Positions 58,347-64,000 of a DNA stretch of 64,000 bases are shown here, one piece after another (the stretch's first letter is position 1; every line of letters starts with the position of its first letter). The notes under the pieces are model-generated. The model was given only the letters and a program-made list of their open reading frames with translations, was not told the origin of the DNA and ran no database searches. Source of the stretch: Bdellovibrionota bacterium (GTDB lineage Bacteria > Bdellovibrionota_G > JALEGL01 > DATDPG01); contig OY764265.1 of NCBI GenBank assembly GCA_963668355.1, forward strand, positions 1,952,001 through 2,016,000, in the 5' to 3' direction. The translations under genes were made by a program, and so were the position numbers.

Positions 58347-59705
58347 TTATTCTCCCTGTTGGGTGAAACTCGGTGGGTCACAACGCTCAAGCGTTTTTTT
58401 CAGCCAAAGCGAAAATGCGATGGATGCGATCAGGGAGGTAAGAAGCAACCCCCCTAATATCCCAAACAGCAAGGGTTGGGAGAGTTCTTTGGCCACGACC
58501 ATTCCCAGCCAAGCCAATGGAGCCGTGAGAAATACATACCGGACGACGGCCAAAATGAGTCCGGGTTGGGCCTTTTGCATGCCTTCAAAAATGGGCCGGC
58601 AGATGAGAAATTGAGCGCCGAGCAAGCAGCTAAAGGGAGTGAGATAAAGGGCGTAGGTTGCGAAATAGGAAGTTTGAGGGGATTCACTCAGGAAATTCGA
58701 AATATAAGGTGCGAAAAAGAATGCGATGGGAGCCACAAAAAGGATGGAATATAGGATGGCAGTCCATTCAGAGTGTTTTAGTCCCGTTCGAATCTGAGCG
58801 AAGTCTTTTCGGCCATAGTGTAAGGCCGTAAATGGAAGAAGGGCGACGCCGATGGCCAGAATGGGTTGAATGGAAAACATGACGACGCGATAAAAAATGG
58901 AGTATGCCGCGATGGCTTCGGTTGCATTGGGTGAAAAGGAAAGCAAATAGTTGATGATTCCGGGTTCAGTCGCCATGAGGACGAAGGTGATTGAGGCGGG
59001 AATGGCCAATCGAAAAATCGACCGAAAAGGCCGGGGGTCGGGTTCGCATGTAGGATGGGTGGCGTCCTCACAGCGCACACGTTCATACTGCCAGGCCTTT
59101 CGGGAGGCATAAGCCAATCCCCCCAACCGCCCAATGACTGTAGAAAGGGCGATTCCGAAAATTCCCCAATGGAGAACAAAGAGAAAGAATGTGTTGAGTA
59201 AGACGTTGAGGATATTGGAGAAGATTCCAGCCCACATTGTGGTTTTTGTGTCTTGATAAACTTTTACGAGTGAGTCTGGAATGATGGCCCAGAAACCCGT
59301 AAAAGCACTTCCCCCAATCAGGACGGCACCATAAATCTGAAAATCTTTCATGACTTCCGGTTCTAGATCCATGTGTGGCGCCACGAACCAAATGCCGACT
59401 CCGACCAGCGCAAATAGGGGAACAGCGCTCAGAACCATTTTCCATCCACATCTCAAATATTGATCAAACTTTCCGTGTTCCTGGGCTCCGAGTGCTTTGG
59501 CCAGAGTGGCTGTGAGACCGGTGGAAGATCCGACCCAAAAGGCGATCATGATGAATTCGAAAGGGATAGAAAGTCCAATGGCGGCGACCGCAGCGTCGCC
59601 TAATGTGGATGCGTAGATGGTATCCACCAACGTGAATGCCGCACGCATCCAAAACGAGATCGCGATGGGTCCCGCGAGTGCTAAAATCGATTTGTTTTGT
59701 TTCAC
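58347..59705 (-). CDS. MATE family transporter
   Basis: LA.P.....LVDT...LG..AVAA, N.LN..LN, WG..G.A..T and L.IPA. About 12 TM helices. Confidence 0.88.
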   Translation of the reverse strand: MKQNKSILALAGPIAISFWMRAAFTLVDTIYASTLGDAAVAAIGLSIPFEFIMIAFWVGSSTGLTATLAKALGAQEHGKFDQYLRCGWKMVLSAVPLFALVGVGIWFVAPHMDLEPEVMKDFQIYGAVLIGGSAFTGFWAIIPDSLVKVYQDTKTTMWAGIFSNILNVLLNTFFLFVLHWGIFGIALSTVIGRLGGLAYASRKAWQYERVRCEDATHPTCEPDPRPFRSIFRLAIPASITFVLMATEPGIINYLLSFSPNATEAIAAYSIFYRVVMFSIQPILAIGVALLPFTALHYGRKDFAQIRTGLKHSEWTAILYSILFVAPIAFFFAPYISNFLSESPQTSYFATYALYLTPFSCLLGAQFLICRPIFEGMQKAQPGLILAVVRYVFLTAPLAWLGMVVAKELSQPLLFGILGGLLLTSLIASIAFSLWLKKTLERCDPPSFTQQGE

Positions 59706-61474
59706 GAAATTTCGAGAATTCTTTCCAATCCCCCTCGTGCGATGGGGTGGTATTGCTCTTTCGAGCCTTCAAAAATTTCCATGGCCAAATTCTTGGTTTG
59801 TGGGTTTGTATACAACGCCCGATACAAAGGCTTTAAGAACTTCATTCTTCCCATGGAGGGCAAGAACTCTCGGATTTTATCGAAGGCTGGTTCATACGTG
59901 GACGTAGCCGCGATCTCAAGCCACTTGGCCAAGATTTCAGCATTTCCACTTTGGTTAAACCCATACGTTTGATCCAGCCAAGCACAGTCTTCTGGGGACA
60001 TTTTTTTGGGAAGTTCTCCCAAATAGACGAGCCATTCGGGAATCGCCCAGGAAGAAGTTTCCTCTTTGGAAACGCGAACGCCGTTTTCCCAGTTTTTGGC
60101 TTTTTCCAAAAGGTCTTCCAGTCGTTTGGACTCGAAGACCGGTGCATTTTCAGGCAGTCCCGGTTCATAAATCCACTGTTTGGCCTTTGTGGCCTCAAGG
60201 AGCTCTGGATTTTGTTCTTCGAGGAAGCGTACAAAGTCTTCGGTAGAAATGGACTGGAACTTGAATCGGTCCAGATACGTGGCCAGAAATTGATCCCATT
60301 TTTCGCGACCCATCGTTTTCTCCATGAGCGCAACGAAAAGGAATCCTTTTTCATAAGGTACTTGAGAGTAGATTTCGTCTGGATCGATTCCTTTCAAGTC
60401 ATTCTTGAGTTTTGTAAAGGGAGAATCCATCCCGAAGAGTTCCATGTCTTCCTTCAGATCATTCCGACCAATGGCCGCAGAAAGCGATACGGCTTCCTTT
60501 CCTTCCAGAGCTTCCAAAATGCGCCGTTCAGCCCATACCGTGAATCCCTCATTGAGCCAGAAGTCATCCATGGTGGCATTTGTGACAAGATTTCCGGTCC
60601 AGGAATGGGCCAGCTCGTGGGCCAACACATTCACCAAGGATCGATCTCCGGCCAATAAGGTCGGAGTTAAAAACGTCAACCGGGGATTTTCCATGCCTCC
60701 ATAGGGAAAAGCGGGAGGGAGAACAATGAAATCGAATCGTTCCCAAAGATAGGGACCGAATAATTTTTCAGCCTCTTTGAGCATGGACTCGATGGGTTCA
60801 AATTCCCAGGCTGCTTGGTCAACCGTTTCAGGTTCAGCATAGACTTTGGTTCGGGGGCCCAAATCTTTTCCCGTAATGTTTCCGACGGCAATGGCCAAGA
60901 GATAAGAGGGGATGGGTTGAGGCATATGGAATCGGAAGGTGGTCGATTGTTCATTGGTTTCCACCTTCTCCCCTGGGGAGGCAGACATGACTGCACTAAG
61001 AGGGGTGGGAACTGTGACCGAAGCTGCGTAACTGAAGCGAACTTTGGGGCTGTCCTGCACAGGAATCATGGAGCGAGCATGATGAGGTTGGCATTGACTC
61101 AGCAAAAAGGGGTGTTTTTTTCCCGCAGTGTTGTTGGGGCTTAACCATTGAAGCGCGGATGCCTGTGGCGATGTTTTGTAGGAAACCGTCAGTTTCTCCA
61201 ACGGTTTATTTCGCTGGATGATGAGGCAAGTCCCCAGAACGTTATCGGGTGTTCCCATCGAAAACGGGAGATCGTTTCCTTCGGAATCTTTGACCGAAAG
61301 AACCGTCAAGTCACGCGTGTCTAAGTGCAATTCTCCCGAAGAACTGGAGAGGAAGGTGTAGGTGGCATCCCCTTCAATCGTTCGCGAGGAAAAATCGACA
61401 TGAAGGTTCATGTCGATGTGGCGAATTTGTCCTTGGTTTAGATCGGTATAAGAGTGAGGGTCTATTTGGGCCAT
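59702..61474 (-). CDS. M1 aminopeptidase (LTA4H-like)
   Basis: DPHS, PYGGMENP, HELAHSW.GN.VT, WLNEGF and PYEKG. SD aaggagg. Confidence 0.96.
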   Translation of the reverse strand: MAQIDPHSYTDLNQGQIRHIDMNLHVDFSSRTIEGDATYTFLSSSSGELHLDTRDLTVLSVKDSEGNDLPFSMGTPDNVLGTCLIIQRNKPLEKLTVSYKTSPQASALQWLSPNNTAGKKHPFLLSQCQPHHARSMIPVQDSPKVRFSYAASVTVPTPLSAVMSASPGEKVETNEQSTTFRFHMPQPIPSYLLAIAVGNITGKDLGPRTKVYAEPETVDQAAWEFEPIESMLKEAEKLFGPYLWERFDFIVLPPAFPYGGMENPRLTFLTPTLLAGDRSLVNVLAHELAHSWTGNLVTNATMDDFWLNEGFTVWAERRILEALEGKEAVSLSAAIGRNDLKEDMELFGMDSPFTKLKNDLKGIDPDEIYSQVPYEKGFLFVALMEKTMGREKWDQFLATYLDRFKFQSISTEDFVRFLEEQNPELLEATKAKQWIYEPGLPENAPVFESKRLEDLLEKAKNWENGVRVSKEETSSWAIPEWLVYLGELPKKMSPEDCAWLDQTYGFNQSGNAEILAKWLEIAATSTYEPAFDKIREFLPSMGRMKFLKPLYRALYTNPQTKNLAMEIFEGSKEQYHPIARGGLERILEIS

Positions 61475-61599
61475 GTGTTGCCTCCTTGAAAACAAAGATC
61501 AATTTGGAGGGGCACCTTATCGGGCTCATGAGGAAATGGGAATAGCATGTTTTTTTCTTTTGTTTTCGATATATTAGAGCAGTTCGGTGAGTTCAACGC

Positions 61600-63243
61600 A
61601 TGGAAAAGTCCTCTGAAAAACATTTCTCCGCCTCCGGCCCGGTAAATTCCGCTTACGAGGTTCTTAAGAAAAACGTCATTTTTTCGCCCCTGAGTGACGA
61701 TGTGTTGCAAGCCATTTGGCGAGCGGGAACGCATGAGGAATACGCGGAAGGAGAAAAACTCAATATGGAGACTCCCTCGGTTCAGTTTTTGAACCTCATC
61801 CTACGTGGGGAAATGAGGGTGCATCGGGTCACACCAGACCACCAAGAATCTCTCCGAATCACGGGCCCAGGATTTTCTTATGGATCCATTGATCGCGTAT
61901 TGGGTACCGGAAAATTTCTTTCAGCCATGGTTATGAAGTCCTGTGCGGTTTTTACGCTTCACCGCAATGATTTGAGTTCATTGCTTCGCCAGTTCCCAGA
62001 GCTGACGCGTCGTCTTTCGCAAGTGAGAATGGCCGTTGCCCTTCGTGTTGCCAAGGAGGTTGAAAGAAAGATCAAAAAAGATCCTGATGATTCTCGAGAT
62101 CTTCCGAGAATCGCACCTCGATTTCCTTTGTATGGAAGAACCTTGGTGGCCGTGTTGCAGGATGGAACTTCGTTAAGAGTCCAAGACATCAGTGATTCGG
62201 GATTGTTTGTTTTGGGAGAGGTCAAGGAGTCGGTGGGACAAGACCTTTGTTTTACCGTGAAGGACAAGCAAGGGCGTTTTGATTCGGTTGATGTGTGTGG
62301 CCAAATTTCTCGAAAGACGGATTTGGGTTTTGGTTTGAAGGTTGGAAACTTAAGTCCCGTGACGTTGGCTTCCTGGGAACAAATCTTAACGGAGGTTCTA
62401 ACCGTAGAGGTAGAGGCCATCTTTAAACCCGATTTAAAGAGAATTCATCGGGGATGTATGCTCAAAATTTCTTCAGGGGGAGAAAAACTTAAGGGAAAAG
62501 TATTTTCACTTGGGGTTGAGGGAGCTATTTGCCAAATTTTTTCGCCCTTAGAAAGACGTGTTTTTGACGCTCAATTGAGTTTTGAGAGTGTCGGGGGAGA
62601 GTCAGAGCGAATTCCCTTGGAGATCGAAATCATCGAGAGGCGCCAAGATCATTATCTGGTTCGGTTTATGGAACTGTCCTTGGAAGGGGAGAGAAAAATT
62701 GCAGATTTCATAGCTGGATCAGGAACTTCTCAAATCCCCACTGCGAAACAGGTGGAAAACAGTCCTGTGACTGAAAGCGATGAAAAGAAAAAGGCCCTTC
62801 CGATTTTTAAACGAATGATTCCAAATTCCGTCGAGCTGTGTCGATTCTATTTTCGAGAACTTTCGGATCAAATAATCATTCTTCCGGGCCCTCTTCCCAC
62901 AAAGATCGGAAGTGAGGTGAGCGTGAGCATTGAACTTTCCTCCGATGCTCTTCCAGTGTCACGCAGCCAAAACACCTTCTTAGTGTCCGGGAAAGTCGTT
63001 AGAGAAAAGGGAAATGATCCGATTGTTGAATTAAATATGGACGCGCTTCCCGTGATTGCAAGGCTTAAGCAACTTTCAGCTCAAGTCTCTCAAAGAAAGA
63101 CCGAGCAGACGTTTTACCGTGCGGCCCGACAGGAACACGATGTGAAGTACCGAAGGTATATTCAGCTCATTCTTGTTTTGTTCTTATTGGCGGCCTGCAT
63201 TTGGTGGGCAAGAGACCGACTTCTTCAGGGGATGGTGTCATGA
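61600..63243 (+). CDS. cNMP-binding plus PilZ multidomain membrane-anchored protein
   Basis: N-terminal CAP_ED-like region (IF..L, IL.GE.RV, GPG...G). PilZ motifs RIAPR and DISDSG. C-terminal TM. Confidence 0.72.
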   Translation: MEKSSEKHFSASGPVNSAYEVLKKNVIFSPLSDDVLQAIWRAGTHEEYAEGEKLNMETPSVQFLNLILRGEMRVHRVTPDHQESLRITGPGFSYGSIDRVLGTGKFLSAMVMKSCAVFTLHRNDLSSLLRQFPELTRRLSQVRMAVALRVAKEVERKIKKDPDDSRDLPRIAPRFPLYGRTLVAVLQDGTSLRVQDISDSGLFVLGEVKESVGQDLCFTVKDKQGRFDSVDVCGQISRKTDLGFGLKVGNLSPVTLASWEQILTEVLTVEVEAIFKPDLKRIHRGCMLKISSGGEKLKGKVFSLGVEGAICQIFSPLERRVFDAQLSFESVGGESERIPLEIEIIERRQDHYLVRFMELSLEGERKIADFIAGSGTSQIPTAKQVENSPVTESDEKKKALPIFKRMIPNSVELCRFYFRELSDQIIILPGPLPTKIGSEVSVSIELSSDALPVSRSQNTFLVSGKVVREKGNDPIVELNMDALPVIARLKQLSAQVSQRKTEQTFYRAARQEHDVKYRRYIQLILVLFLLAACIWWARDRLLQGMVS

Positions 63244-64000
63244 TGAATCTTGAGGGTGTTTTCTCCAATTTATTCGATCTTTCAGACGACTCTTTAAAAA
63301 AACGTCTTTCCCAATTGTCCATTCGTCGAATTGCAAAAGGGATGGTGGTTTTTGATCATGACGACGTCAGCACGGGGATATTTGCCGTGGCGGATGGGGC
63401 GATTGAGGTGCTGGAAAGAGAAAAAAATGGAAGCTATTCCCGCGTCATGGTTTTGGGCAAAGGACATCTTTTTGGAAACTCTTCTTTTCTAGCGACCTCT
63501 TCAAAACCTATGGCTGCAGTAAGTATGGAAGAGTCGCGCCTGGTAGAGATCCCGGAAAGCTTTCTGTCAGAGGCGGTCAAAGACTTCCCGGAAGTTGCGG
63601 ATCGGTTGTTCGAATATTATCGGAAACATGTTTTGACGAGTGTTTTGAAAAGCTGTCGATTGTTTTCTGGTTTGAGTCAAGGAGAGTTGGAGTGGGTTTC
63701 TTCTCTTATGGAACGAAAGGAATTCGCTCCAAATGAATTTGTTGTGGGGGACAATAGTCCGGGACTCGATCTCTTTGTCGTAAGAAGAGGCCGGGTGGAA
63801 GAAATGAGCCAAAAGAAAGGAGATCCAGAGGCCCAAAATGGAGTTCTTACGTGGGAGAGTTTAAAAAACCCGTGTGTGCTTTCCCCTCGCGCAGATGTTC
63901 GGTCTTATCGGGCCTTGGATGAGGTCGAAGTGATGATTTTGCCAGAAGCCTCCTGGTCCTTGGTGTTGGCAAAGATCCCCTCAGTACTCGACCAAATCCA
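63240..64000 (+). CDS. Tandem cNMP-binding domain protein (partial; runs off the window end)
   Basis: Manual translation: MMNLEGVF...KGMVVF...IFAVADGAIEV...LGKGHLFGN...LFSGLSQGEL...FAPNEFVV...LFVVRRGRVE. ATGA overlap with the upstream gene. Confidence 0.75.
   Translation, partial: MMNLEGVFSNLFDLSDDSLKKRLSQLSIRRIAKGMVVFDHDDVSTGIFAVADGAIEVLEREKNGSYSRVMVLGKGHLFGNSSFLATSSKPMAAVSMEESRLVEIPESFLSEAVKDFPEVADRLFEYYRKHVLTSVLKSCRLFSGLSQGELEWVSSLMERKEFAPNEFVVGDNSPGLDLFVVRRGRVEEMSQKKGDPEAQNGVLTWESLKNPCVLSPRADVRSYRALDEVEVMILPEASWSLVLAKIPSVLDQI

Noticed and set aside
1..64000. CRISPR arrays, tRNA/rRNA genes, transposases, integrases, prophage or defence genes
   Set aside because: No regularly spaced repeats or matching motifs were seen by eye. 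The many short antisense and alternate-frame ORFs were treated as shadows of real genes.

Overview
A 64-kb, densely coding chromosomal stretch from a diderm bacterium. The gene mix (Bd0055-type histone, PilZ/cNMP proteins, HEAT-containing chemosensory cluster) suggests Bdellovibrionota or Deltaproteobacteria, which is an inference. Contents: tRNA/RNA housekeeping genes (orn partial, trmL, ttcA, trmB-like, dtd), coproheme decarboxylase with a small CbiX-type chelatase, hflKC, folA/thyA, an mcp | cheY-cheA-cheW-HEAT-cheR-cheB cluster, a GH57-based glycogen locus, peptide transporters and peptidases, an Fe-S module, a CoA-activase/ACAD pair and an HAD-TPP-GH65 fusion. No rRNA, tRNA, CRISPR array or transposase was seen. 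The most interesting signals are non-coding. Two different dispersed structured elements each occur twice in the window (858-1072 with 47219-47405, and 35856-35932 with 47522-47600). In both pairs the stems are unrelated in sequence but still pair (covariation), while the loop/core sequences and their spacing are conserved. A third branched hairpin lies at 695-840, and an orphan minus-strand terminator sits next to one copy. The second highlight is a stand-alone bacterial histone with a lysine-rich N-terminal tail (5963-6205). All calls come from reading motifs by eye; no searches were run.
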